In this document: piece by piece, positions 21,290-30,111 of the stretch
Layout: each line of letters begins with the position of its first letter
Position numbering within the stretch: position 1 is the stretch's first letter
From: Oligoflexales bacterium
GTDB lineage: Bacteria; Bdellovibrionota_B; Oligoflexia; Oligoflexales; CAIYRB01
DNA: 52,791 nt
Direction of reading: 5' to 3'
Assembly (NCBI GenBank): GCA_041736175.1
Contig: JBGSUI010000215.1
Span: 1-52,791 of the forward strand
Notes under the pieces: model-generated
Seen by the model: the letters and a program-made list of their open reading frames with translations, nothing else
Told to the model about the DNA's origin: nothing
Database searches by the model: none
Translations under genes and position numbers: made by a program

Positions 21290-21853
21290 TTAGCGGATCG
21301 TCACCATAAAAAAACCCCTGACCGGCAAACCATGGAGGATGTCTTGGGCTGGGGGTTGATCGATTTTAAGGATTGATTGGCGATAAGCTCCCAAGACATG
21401 GGCGTAAACCTCTCGGATAAGGATTCCCCCAGCTGCTCCACTATGACGGCCCTTTCCTGTAATAATTTTCAGGACCGTACCATTTCGGGATGTTTGGCTT
21501 GGGGGTCGATTGAGGAGGCTCGTGATCACTCGGTCAACTTTAGCGAGTGCGTCCCTCAGCATATAGCCGTGGAGGTCCACTTCTTTGGGTTCTTGGTCCG
21601 ATTTTTTCTTGGAAGATGGGGGCGGCGGGGATTTAGAGGAAACGGCTTCCCGCTGCTTATGGGTCCGGTAGGCTTGGGGCGTAAGCTGATCGAGGGCCGC
21701 AAGAAACTGCGGATCCACGGGATCTTGGGGCTTGAGCCAAAAGGAGTCCGCAAAAGGATCGTCACCGGGATCGCCCTGGCTATCGTTGTCCCATTCCATT
21801 TTGATACGGGGGGACCTACGCCGATTTTTTTTATCTTTTCGAGTCATCGCCAT
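21290..21853 (-). CDS. Smr/MutS2 C-terminal domain protein
   Basis: VDLHG...A and IITGKGRHS Smr motifs. Confidence 0.85.
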   Translation of the reverse strand: MAMTRKDKKNRRRSPRIKMEWDNDSQGDPGDDPFADSFWLKPQDPVDPQFLAALDQLTPQAYRTHKQREAVSSKSPPPPSSKKKSDQEPKEVDLHGYMLRDALAKVDRVITSLLNRPPSQTSRNGTVLKIITGKGRHSGAAGGILIREVYAHVLGAYRQSILKIDQPPAQDILHGLPVRGFFMVTIR

Positions 21854-21943
21854 CCAAATCGCTTTGTACCGCCGTCCTTTACACCCGAAAGTGTTCGGTG
21901 TCTAATAAGTTCGGGAACCTTCCAACCTTTTAGGAGACCAAAT

Positions 21944-22432
21944 ATGGCAATACTCCGCTACCAAAATCAAACCAAGTCTGAGGCCCGAGAAATCGCTTCT
22001 CTCATGTTAACCCACGGCTTACTCTACGAAATGTGGCCACTCCATCCGACCGAAAACCGCTCGGACGCTGATATTTTGGAGATTTACCAAAAAGAAATCT
22101 CCCAGCTTTCAAAATCCCGTGGGTATGTGTCTGCCGACCTGGTTGCACTCCATTCCAAGACACCCAATCTCCAAAATATCATTGATAAATTTAATAAGGA
22201 GCACCATCACGCCGAAGACGAAGTCCGGTTCACCGTCGAGGGTGAGGGAGTCTTTTCGATCCAGGGGGATCCCCTACAAACACCCGCAAGCTTTTTGGAA
22301 TTTACCGCACAGCCTGGGGACCTTATCGTTATCCCCGCCAAAAGGCGTCACCTCTTTTACCTTACGGAAAAAAATAAAATCAGATGTATCAGGCTCTTTA
22401 AAAACCAGCTAGGCTGGGAGGCCATTTACTAG
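21944..22432 (+). CDS. mtnD: Acireductone dioxygenase (ARD/ARD' cupin, methionine salvage)
   Basis: RGYVSADLV, KFNKEHHHAEDEVRF, GDLIVIPAKRRHLF, IRLF; AGGAG RBS before ATG 21944. Confidence 0.85.
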   Translation: MAILRYQNQTKSEAREIASLMLTHGLLYEMWPLHPTENRSDADILEIYQKEISQLSKSRGYVSADLVALHSKTPNLQNIIDKFNKEHHHAEDEVRFTVEGEGVFSIQGDPLQTPASFLEFTAQPGDLIVIPAKRRHLFYLTEKNKIRCIRLFKNQLGWEAIY

Positions 22433-22482
22433 GCCAAACGAAGGCAATGATTGCCCCCTGTTAGGAATTGTAGGAAACCAAC

Positions 22483-23178
22483 ATGTCACAGACTGAAACC
22501 GATAAGACCCAACCCAAATCTGCAGAAGCGGAATCCTTAGAATTCCTCAACCAGTCGAAGCAGTTTCTCAATAAAGAGTTTTTGACCTGGCTGTGGTTTT
22601 TTGCCGAAAATCATCCAGGAGCCTTACAGGCTGAGGCGCAAGATTCAAATAAACAAACCTTCTATATCTGGATCGATGACCGCCTGATACTAGAATCCCA
22701 CCACCGCGGGACCGCAAAATCCCATCAAAACGTGTTTAAGGGTGGCGATCCGAGTCATAGCCCTGAGGCTTCGGTGGCGTTGCTAAGTGGCAAGGTGGTG
22801 AAAGAGCTTAAGCTGGGTTGTAAAATCCTGCCCTATGGAGAATTTTCGGCGATTCTATCGGGAACCGATCTCAATCCCCGCTCCCTCACTCTCCCCCGCA
22901 AGACGGACACCAATGATCACAAAAACGATTTGGTCACCGATGTCGCCGGGAAAAAACCCCAAACCGACCCAGACAGTACAGGAGAGGTGGATCCATTAAC
23001 CCAAAGATTGTTTATGATGCGAGCCTTTATGCAGGTCCTTGATCATCTTGTGGGAGTATTTATTAAAGAAAGAATCAAAAGTGACTACGAGTCGACGACG
23101 GCTCCTAAGATGCAGCAATGGATTCGAGACAGACGTCTAGACAAAAAGTTAAGCTTGGACCAAACCATGGTGCATTAA
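22483..23178 (+). CDS. Hypothetical protein, RdgC-like family seen in deltaproteobacterial lineages
   Basis: FLNKEFLTWLWF and SPEA..AL..GK motifs recalled from that family. Confidence 0.5.
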   Translation: MSQTETDKTQPKSAEAESLEFLNQSKQFLNKEFLTWLWFFAENHPGALQAEAQDSNKQTFYIWIDDRLILESHHRGTAKSHQNVFKGGDPSHSPEASVALLSGKVVKELKLGCKILPYGEFSAILSGTDLNPRSLTLPRKTDTNDHKNDLVTDVAGKKPQTDPDSTGEVDPLTQRLFMMRAFMQVLDHLVGVFIKERIKSDYESTTAPKMQQWIRDRRLDKKLSLDQTMVH

Positions 23179-23197
23179 AAAATAAGGAGGACCTCCT

Positions 23198-24592
23198 ATG
23201 GCCAATTCTCCGATCAAGCGTATTCGTACCAGTCTTGAAAATTGGCACATCCCTGCCCCCCTCCGCAAGCCGATCTATTGGGGCCAAGTGATTTTTGCTG
23301 ACACCCTACGCAGCGATCTTCTCAGCCAAGCAAGCGCCATGGCCTACGTGACTCTGCTATCGTTAATCCCCTCTTTGGTGGCTATATTCAGTATATTTTC
23401 CCTGTTTAGTCTGCTTTTTTTGGGCGACATCGATCCGATTCAGGAGATCAAGAGCCTTATCTTGTCGAATCTTGCCCCCGGCAGTGGCAAAACCGCAGTG
23501 AGCTATTTAGAGCAAATGCTCGACAAGCTCGACCTAAAAACCATCGGTTGGTCAAGCTTTGCTAGCGTACTCGTCACCTTGATTTTGCTGCTACGCAAGA
23601 TCGAAATTGCAATCAATCAAATCTGGTATATCCAAAAACTTCGCAATCCTCTGGTCAGATTTATCTATTTTTGGACTTTTATGACCCTTGGCATGCTGGG
23701 TGTCGCTGCTGTAGTCGGACTGAGTGTCCCCCACCAAATCCAAAAGGTCATAAACCCTAACGATATGGGCCTCCCAGCAAGCGAGACTCACTCCTTTTTA
23801 GAAATGAGCATCACTTTTTCGACCTCCACCCTGTTTTTTTTCCTCCTCTACAAGATTATTCCTAACTGTAAAGTCACAGCTAAAGCTGCGGCCATTGGTG
23901 CCCTAGTAGCCGCCGTGTTGATCAACCAGGGTGGCTATTTATACGGTATCTTCGTGAGCGACTCTGCCAACTATAAAACCCTCTATGGTGCTTTAGCCCA
24001 GCTTCCCATCTTTTTGATGTGGCTTTACGTGGCCTGGTCCATCATTCTCCTGGGCGCCTTGATCTCTTGGCGGGTCCAAGAGGGGTTTCCCAGCCTGACA
24101 GCCACCTCCACTCTGGAATCTGCCAAAAATCCCCAGCATCACTATCGTAATCTAGGCATCCGCAATTCACTCCCGGTGCTCGCCTTAATGGCTATAAGTC
24201 GTCATTTTCTGGAAGGCACAGGGCGAGGTCTGTCGAGCCAACAATTTGCCCATCATTTTGGTGTCCCCACCTCCTGGGCCTTTGAAGCCTTTGTGCTTTT
24301 AAACACAAAAGAATTTATCCACGCCACTAAATCAGGCAAAGAGCTTGTGGACCAGTTTGAACCAGCGGATCCCTGCGTGCCGGCGTTTCCCCCAGATAAA
24401 ACCCTGGTCAAAGACATCGTCGCCTCTCTAGAGTCTGGTTTAGACCAGTGGTTTTTAGACCACCGGGACAAAATCACCCAACCTGTCCAAACCATCCTCT
24501 TAAACCTTGGTCTCGGAGAAGGAGCGTTATCTCCAACTCTCACCTTAAGAGATGCTGCCGCATCGTTACCAACTTTAAAAATGGCAGACTAA
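23198..24592 (+). CDS. YihY/virulence factor BrkB family membrane protein
   Basis: ASAMAYVTLLSLIP, IEIAINQIW, LYGALAQLPIFLMWLYVAWSIILLGA. Confidence 0.9.
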   Translation: MANSPIKRIRTSLENWHIPAPLRKPIYWGQVIFADTLRSDLLSQASAMAYVTLLSLIPSLVAIFSIFSLFSLLFLGDIDPIQEIKSLILSNLAPGSGKTAVSYLEQMLDKLDLKTIGWSSFASVLVTLILLLRKIEIAINQIWYIQKLRNPLVRFIYFWTFMTLGMLGVAAVVGLSVPHQIQKVINPNDMGLPASETHSFLEMSITFSTSTLFFFLLYKIIPNCKVTAKAAAIGALVAAVLINQGGYLYGIFVSDSANYKTLYGALAQLPIFLMWLYVAWSIILLGALISWRVQEGFPSLTATSTLESAKNPQHHYRNLGIRNSLPVLALMAISRHFLEGTGRGLSSQQFAHHFGVPTSWAFEAFVLLNTKEFIHATKSGKELVDQFEPADPCVPAFPPDKTLVKDIVASLESGLDQWFLDHRDKITQPVQTILLNLGLGEGALSPTLTLRDAAASLPTLKMAD

Positions 24593-24690
24593 AATTGATT
24601 TAATTTTCAACAAATAACTAATGTTTTGACATTTTTTGTGGGTATAAAATTATTTAATAATCAAATTAAATGTTTAGAACCTGGCTCTGT

Positions 24691-24706
24691 TGGACACCAA
24701 ATTGCA
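24691..24706 (+). promoter_or_regulatory. sigma54-like promoter
   Basis: TGGACACCAAATTGCA = GG-N10-GC with TTGCA, 90 bp upstream of ATG 24796, preceded by an AT-rich tract. Confidence 0.6.
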
Positions 24707-24795
24707 GAGGGTCATTCATTCATGAGGGGAGTTCCCTCATGGTTACCAGCGATGTTAGTCGATCACTGGCATTTTTGCTATAACTGGAAAAAAAC

Positions 24796-26091
24796 ATGAA
24801 ATTTCGATTTGGTGGGCGCTTAAAAAGACTCGATGTCCTCGCAGTTTTCATGGTGGGCTTGACTTTTGTGAGTGGATGTTTGCAAAAAGCCCCTTCTGAA
24901 CTATTGGATTTTGGTTGGGACGAAGATCTAAAACTCGACTCTCCGGGTCATACACCACCTGGAGGTGTAGGTCAGCCTAAAGGGTTTTGTCGTAATCATA
25001 AGCCAGAAGAGTGCTTTACCCTTATCATTCGGGTACCAACTGCTGAGGTTATCAGTGACGTCGGTTTGTCAGCGATGGCTCTAGCAAGTGCGACTCCCAA
25101 CTTCAATGTGCGTAGTCTGGAAGCTTGCCAAACGGCCTGGCAGCAGTTCCAAGCTGACTTCGGCGGTGCTAGATTCCGTCCGGTGAGAGCTAATTTTGCA
25201 AAAAAAATTAAAGAGTTTCGGTGTATTATTGTACCGTTCAATCACGAATACGTCGACGAAGACAGCTATATCCCTAAGGGGCAGTTAGCTCTTAGTGTGC
25301 GCCTTACTAAATTTATGGTGACTGCCACTGACTCATCTCTCGACTTAAACATAGTAAAATTTTCGAAGAGCTCCGTAAACCTCAATGCCGAGTTTAGAAA
25401 CGTCTTCATTCATGGTCGACCACAGACACAATCGGAGGTGATTCAATGGCCACTTAACTCACAAGATTGGCAACCCGTGCGGGAGTTTAATCTCCACCCT
25501 GCAGGGCTCAAATTAAATTTTAGCAAAGATTTTAGTTGGCAAATTTTGCCAGAAAAAGCAATATCTCTATTTAACGGTCAAGATAATGGAAGTAATTTGA
25601 ATTTCAATTCATCTTATGTGCCTAGTTGGACTCCTACGACCATGGACCCCTATGCACTAAATGGATCTGAAAATGGTTCACCAGTTGATTCTGGAATAAA
25701 TAATGGGGCAGGTAATTCGTTAATTAATAATGGGGCAGGTAATTCGTTTAATAATACCACCAAGTCTTTCCTTAACATAGCGAAGGACCTGATCACAAAA
25801 TCTATTGCCAATCGATCACCCCTTGAGGCTTCGACCCTACTGCTTGGCGTCGGTTTTAATGCCATCAAGGATATTTGTGTCAACAGCGAAGCTCAATGCC
25901 GGTTTACGAACACTTCGACAGACGTTAGTAAACAGTATAGTGATTTTTCTGATGGCGTCAAAGCTATCGCACCCACCGCCGAGACAAACGAGTTTTTTCG
26001 TCTCGCACTTATAAGCACTTTCAAAGGTGCGATGAATGAGTTTTTTGAGACAGTGCCTCCTGAGCAGATATACACAAGATTTGGCCCCTAG
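24796..26091 (+). CDS. Hypothetical lipoprotein
   Basis: Lipobox VSGC after a hydrophobic stretch; 431 aa; no family recognised. Confidence 0.7.
   Translation: MKFRFGGRLKRLDVLAVFMVGLTFVSGCLQKAPSELLDFGWDEDLKLDSPGHTPPGGVGQPKGFCRNHKPEECFTLIIRVPTAEVISDVGLSAMALASATPNFNVRSLEACQTAWQQFQADFGGARFRPVRANFAKKIKEFRCIIVPFNHEYVDEDSYIPKGQLALSVRLTKFMVTATDSSLDLNIVKFSKSSVNLNAEFRNVFIHGRPQTQSEVIQWPLNSQDWQPVREFNLHPAGLKLNFSKDFSWQILPEKAISLFNGQDNGSNLNFNSSYVPSWTPTTMDPYALNGSENGSPVDSGINNGAGNSLINNGAGNSFNNTTKSFLNIAKDLITKSIANRSPLEASTLLLGVGFNAIKDICVNSEAQCRFTNTSTDVSKQYSDFSDGVKAIAPTAETNEFFRLALISTFKGAMNEFFETVPPEQIYTRFGP
25699..25748 (+). repeat. In-frame tandem duplication, period 27 bp
   Basis: AATAATGGGGCAGGTAATTCGTT at 25699 and 25726, encoding NNGAGNS twice. 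Confidence 0.9.
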
Positions 26092-26125
26092 ACTCCACAA
26101 AAAACAAAACACAGAGAGGTATCCC

Positions 26126-28063
26126 TTGCAATTTACGAATACTAAATTGTTCTTCAAACTGAACACCGTCTTAGCTCCGCTTATTTTGCTGGCTGCATTG
26201 GAGCAAGGATGCAGATTTGTGCCTTCGCTCAGTCAACCAAAAGATATGATTGCTGTATCCCCTGACCAAATCCAGCCAAACTTGGGCAGCGGCTATGATT
26301 CTCTATCCCAATGGGCCCGAGATTCAGTCTCTTGTGTCAACGGCACAGTCGTCAAGTCAAACTCTGGAATGAGTGATACGAGTTTTACGCAAACGACCCA
26401 GACAGCGAGTTCTATGCGGGAATTTACTGGCCAAGTCAAAGGTACGCCAAGGATACTTTTTACCCAATCAAATTTTGCTGCGGGTTTTTACAAATCTGAA
26501 GACGCAAATAGCTCGGTTATCGAGCTGCTTTATACGGCAAAAGTGTTGCAAAATAGTGAAAAACTAAGTGAAGTCTCTTTAAAGTCAGAGTTTAGTTCAC
26601 AATCTTCGATGGATTTATTTTTTCGCTGTGGCGATGAATATATTGCACAAATCAATCGTGGTGGGCTTTTGACTATTTCTTTAAAGCTTGATTTTGGCAG
26701 TCAAAAGAATCGCGAAAAATGGCAAAACGTTATTCAATATAATGGATCTTTACGAGATTTTAGCGTCGATATTAAAAATAAAAGCGAGAAAGACAATTTG
26801 AGTGGTCTTTTGAGTATCAATGTACACCAAGTCGGTGGCAATCCAAGTCACGCACTGCTTGCGGCAAAGAGCTGTTCAGTTAATAATTCGGAAGAATTAA
26901 GCCTTTGCATCAAACAGATGGATGATTTAACAAAATATGCCGCCGAAAATTTTCCTGGGCAGGTCGAAACAAATCCTGCGGTCTTAAACTATATTACTGT
27001 ACCTTTGAGTACTTTAGGAGTGAGAGACCTTCCGGCGATCGATGTGAGTCTTTTGCAAATAAGAAAGGATTTGGAGTATAAACTAAAATCATACGAATCC
27101 CAAAAGTCGATGTTTAAATTAGGACGGGAAAAAGGCTTTGATCCTAACGAAACCCAAGAAAAAGACGTCGACTTTAACGTGCTTCTCGTCAATTCCGTCG
27201 CGGAAAGCTGTTTTAACTACCAAATGACACCGCAGGGACCAAACTGGCAAAAATGTCTCGATCATTATCAAGGAATTGAAAACAAACTTCGTCCGACTCA
27301 TAAAAATTCTGCAAAAATTAATTACTTAGCCGTTGACGCCAAAGACTTTAACGGAGCATCTATCATCAATAATTATCAAAACAAAAAAATGACTGTGGCC
27401 TATATTGTGGACCAATCAGGGCACTGGAATTATGGGACCAATCGGGTGATAAATTTTATGGGTGGCGAAAATTGCGATAGCTCGTGTTTCTTAGCAAATG
27501 CACCCAAAGGGGCCATGGTTCTGAGGCAGACCACAGGTCTAAAAGTTACTGGCCCGCAAGGGGTCGCGGAGATCTATCCTGGTGAGGCCGCTAGTTTTCT
27601 TATGAATGACCAAAAAACCCGCTACAACGATAATATTGGAGCTATCACAGTATTTTGGCGTTGCCTTGACTGCAATGATCAGGAAAAAAATCTCACGACC
27701 ACAAATTTGCTAGTTTCCGCTGCGGATGAAAATGGCGCGATGTTTATCAATCGATCCCAGACTAAAGCCCAGTATAAGACCAAGGCTTATGGTCAATGGA
27801 CCAATGCTCCTGGCAACTATCCATGGTCTGATGCCTATGGCCTGAATGAGACCTGCGGTGACAGTTGTCCGATACCAACAGGACGTAACCAACAGCTGGT
27901 GATTCGACGTGGTAGTGGCGAAGTGGTTGGTTATGGGGTTGACCAGACTCTAACTTTAAATCCTGGGGAAACCGTCACCTTTATAGCCAATGACGACCGG
28001 GGTGGCTATCGGAACAATTCGGGAGAGCTCTTAGTTATTCTCCAGTGTCAAGATTGTCCCTAG
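26126..28063 (+). CDS. Exported MACPF/CDC-like protein with two C-terminal LecA/PA-IL-like lectin domains
   Basis: GAGAGG RBS + TTG 26126; LGSGYD, CGDEYIAQINRGG (MACPF-like signature), HQVGG, PAVLNYITVPL; two repeats ending FLMNDQKTRYNDNIG and FIANDDRGGYRNNSG. Confidence 0.6.
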   Translation: MQFTNTKLFFKLNTVLAPLILLAALEQGCRFVPSLSQPKDMIAVSPDQIQPNLGSGYDSLSQWARDSVSCVNGTVVKSNSGMSDTSFTQTTQTASSMREFTGQVKGTPRILFTQSNFAAGFYKSEDANSSVIELLYTAKVLQNSEKLSEVSLKSEFSSQSSMDLFFRCGDEYIAQINRGGLLTISLKLDFGSQKNREKWQNVIQYNGSLRDFSVDIKNKSEKDNLSGLLSINVHQVGGNPSHALLAAKSCSVNNSEELSLCIKQMDDLTKYAAENFPGQVETNPAVLNYITVPLSTLGVRDLPAIDVSLLQIRKDLEYKLKSYESQKSMFKLGREKGFDPNETQEKDVDFNVLLVNSVAESCFNYQMTPQGPNWQKCLDHYQGIENKLRPTHKNSAKINYLAVDAKDFNGASIINNYQNKKMTVAYIVDQSGHWNYGTNRVINFMGGENCDSSCFLANAPKGAMVLRQTTGLKVTGPQGVAEIYPGEAASFLMNDQKTRYNDNIGAITVFWRCLDCNDQEKNLTTTNLLVSAADENGAMFINRSQTKAQYKTKAYGQWTNAPGNYPWSDAYGLNETCGDSCPIPTGRNQQLVIRRGSGEVVGYGVDQTLTLNPGETVTFIANDDRGGYRNNSGELLVILQCQDCP

Positions 28064-28092
28064 AGATTTTTCCTAAGAGCCCCTGGAAATCT

Positions 28093-28109
28093 ACCGGCAA
28101 GCTGCCGGT
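28093..28109. terminator. GC-rich hairpin between convergent genes
   Basis: ACCGGCA-AGC-TGCCGGT; no clear U-tract. Confidence 0.35.
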
Positions 28110-28185
28110 GTCACCTGTCCCCTCCCACAACCGTTTTTGGAGTTTAAGCCAGCTCCGGGTTTGATTTTGGCTGGGGATTTTTGTT

Positions 28186-28260
28186 TAGGTTCTTCCGTCA
28201 TGCAAGCTGCTCGGAGCGGCCTGGAGGCCGCTCGGCAACTGATCGAGTAAGGAGAACCTG
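28186..28260. repeat. Long imperfect inverted repeat
   Basis: TAGGTTCT...AGAACCTG outer arms enclosing a perfect GAGCGGCC-TGGA-GGCCGCTC (28214-28233). Confidence 0.65.
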
Positions 28261-28267
28261 CCCACAA
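28250..28267 (+). repeat. Direct repeat, left copy
   Basis: AGGAGAACCTGCCCACAA, 17/18 identical to 29911-29928. Confidence 0.85.
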
Positions 28268-28270
28268 GAT

Positions 28271-29890
28271 TTACTGGACTCTACAGCTTCGTTGCCCCTT
28301 TACAAGACTCATATCGAGATGAACCGTGCGGTTTAGCCAACCAAAAGATCCAGTCGCCGTATCGAGGGGAGGTTTACAAACATAGTAGCCATCGACCACC
28401 GGGCGAGTCTCTGGCTCACTGTGAGCTGCATTTTCCAGACTTTGACCTGGCCGGCATTGGGCGGTATTGCTCAAGGGACTCGCATGATACTGTTTAATCA
28501 GTGTGACGATATTGGGTTGCTTATACTGGTCTGCCAAGGGATCGCCTTCGTAAATCCCCTGGATATCCCAAGAGCCAAGGTTCCAGACAAAAGCCTTGTC
28601 GGCACCCCAGCGGACGGATTTTGCTGTGCCTGAGAGGAACAAACCTGCGGCTTCAAAATAGCCACAAAGGACATCCCGATTTTGCGAGGATTCCCAAGGG
28701 TTTTGCCGAGAGAAGGGATTTGCACCGAGATAAGGCTCCCCGGGGCTCGTCCCGCCATGGCCGAATTCAGAAAGGTGAAACTCTTTATTGTTCGATGGAC
28801 TAAAAAACTGGGTGAGGTCCACATCGAATGCTTTGAGTTCGACCGCAAAGTCATGGACATAATCATCAAAATCAAGCACGGTCGGGCGCTCGGGCTGAAT
28901 AAGCTTGCCGTAATGGGACATGCCTAAAAAGTCGATATAGGAAAACAGAGCTAGGGTATTTTCTTTTTGTGCGACTCCAGGAGCAGGGTTTTTTTGGAAG
29001 TTGGGAAGATAAACTTCTTCCCGTTGGTAATCTCCAGGACTAGGCAGAGTCCCGACATCGTTTCCTGCGATCCGGTTGCCGTTAAGGCTGATTCCTACTC
29101 GCAGTTCTGGGGCTTTTTCGTCGAGGGTTTCATGGAGGTGTCTTGCAATGGTCAAATACCCATAGGGATAGTGAAAGACCGTAGCCCCCATCTCTCCTTG
29201 AAGGGCGAAATCAATCCTTTGTTTAAACCCGCCTTCGAGACTATCAAGCGCCTTAATGATGGGATTGATCAGGATGTCAAAGTATGAAAATCCGTCGAAT
29301 TTCTCAAGGGGATGAAAGACCGCTTGGTTGCGCCACAGTCTCGACTCATAGGGCCCGTCACCGTCGATATGGGGGACAATCGCAAGATCAAGCTTCTTTT
29401 CCGCGGCACGGACGATACATTTAAGAAAACCGGCCTCGACCTCTACCAAAAGCTCCTTGGTCGGCTTAAGGCACTGGTTGTCGGTAGGAATACACAATCC
29501 ATTGACGATTTTATCGGAATGGGTAAAGCGAAAGGTGGGAACCAAGGAGACTTGCTTGATACCCTGGTCCGCAGCACGGTCGATCATACTCGGACAACGA
29601 TCGAAATCGCCCATACTCAAAATCATAATGCTAGAGCCGATGGTGCCGACTTTTTTCTCGATGGGTTGCTGCCGCACCAGATTTGATACAGCCACCAGGG
29701 TGCTCGGGTAGTCGGTAGGCACGACTGGGATTTGCTCTCCAAACTTGTTTCCCTGCTTGACCGCTCCCGGCTCGTTTCTGTGAACCGAACCGAGCTGAGA
29801 ACTACTAAATAATTCACAACCCGCCGACGAACCCATTAAAAGCACCGTTCCGAGTATCCTTAATGTCTTAGATTTGAATCCTCTTACCAT
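28271..29890 (-). CDS. Lipoprotein, putative clan GH-A TIM-barrel glycoside hydrolase with a small Cys-bounded C-terminal module
   Basis: Lipobox SAGC; VSLVPT, VPHID, WR, LQGEMG (candidate acid/base Glu), HLSEFGHGG (candidate nucleophile Glu); C-terminal GYYVC...FGW...SCRV. Confidence 0.55.
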   Translation of the reverse strand: MVRGFKSKTLRILGTVLLMGSSAGCELFSSSQLGSVHRNEPGAVKQGNKFGEQIPVVPTDYPSTLVAVSNLVRQQPIEKKVGTIGSSIMILSMGDFDRCPSMIDRAADQGIKQVSLVPTFRFTHSDKIVNGLCIPTDNQCLKPTKELLVEVEAGFLKCIVRAAEKKLDLAIVPHIDGDGPYESRLWRNQAVFHPLEKFDGFSYFDILINPIIKALDSLEGGFKQRIDFALQGEMGATVFHYPYGYLTIARHLHETLDEKAPELRVGISLNGNRIAGNDVGTLPSPGDYQREEVYLPNFQKNPAPGVAQKENTLALFSYIDFLGMSHYGKLIQPERPTVLDFDDYVHDFAVELKAFDVDLTQFFSPSNNKEFHLSEFGHGGTSPGEPYLGANPFSRQNPWESSQNRDVLCGYFEAAGLFLSGTAKSVRWGADKAFVWNLGSWDIQGIYEGDPLADQYKQPNIVTLIKQYHASPLSNTAQCRPGQSLENAAHSEPETRPVVDGYYVCKPPLDTATGSFGWLNRTVHLDMSLVKGQRSCRVQ

Positions 29891-29910
29891 CGATACAACT
29901 CCACATCGTT

Positions 29911-29928
29911 AGGAGAACCTACCCACAA
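29911..29928 (+). repeat. Direct repeat, right copy
   Basis: AGGAGAACCTACCCACAA, 17/18 identical to 28250-28267. Confidence 0.85.
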
Positions 29929-29947
29929 CGCAACCACTGCGGGCAGG

Positions 29948-29975
29948 GTATCGGATTTTTGAGTAAAAACCTTTA
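29948..29975 (-). promoter_or_regulatory. sigma28-like promoter
   Basis: Minus strand TAAA-N16-TCCGATAC upstream of the GH-like gene (spacer one base longer than consensus). Confidence 0.45.
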
Positions 29976-30111
29976 GAAAAATAGGGATTCACCGTAAACA
30001 CAAATTTTATAGGACAACCATTCATATCCCTTGTTTGTTAGCGAGAACCCTGGTAGCATACGCCATCTTTTTATTGGTTTGAAAAACATCCATTTTAAGA
30101 ATTGACAATCT

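Noticed and set aside
21377..21943. 351-aa ORF-track call extending mtnD upstream
   Set aside because: The extension is antisense to the Smr gene; ARD similarity and the RBS start at 21944
28186..28267. Integron attC site
   Set aside because: Lacks RYYYAAC...GTTRRRY boundaries in the right order and no integrase is present; kept only as an unexplained repeat
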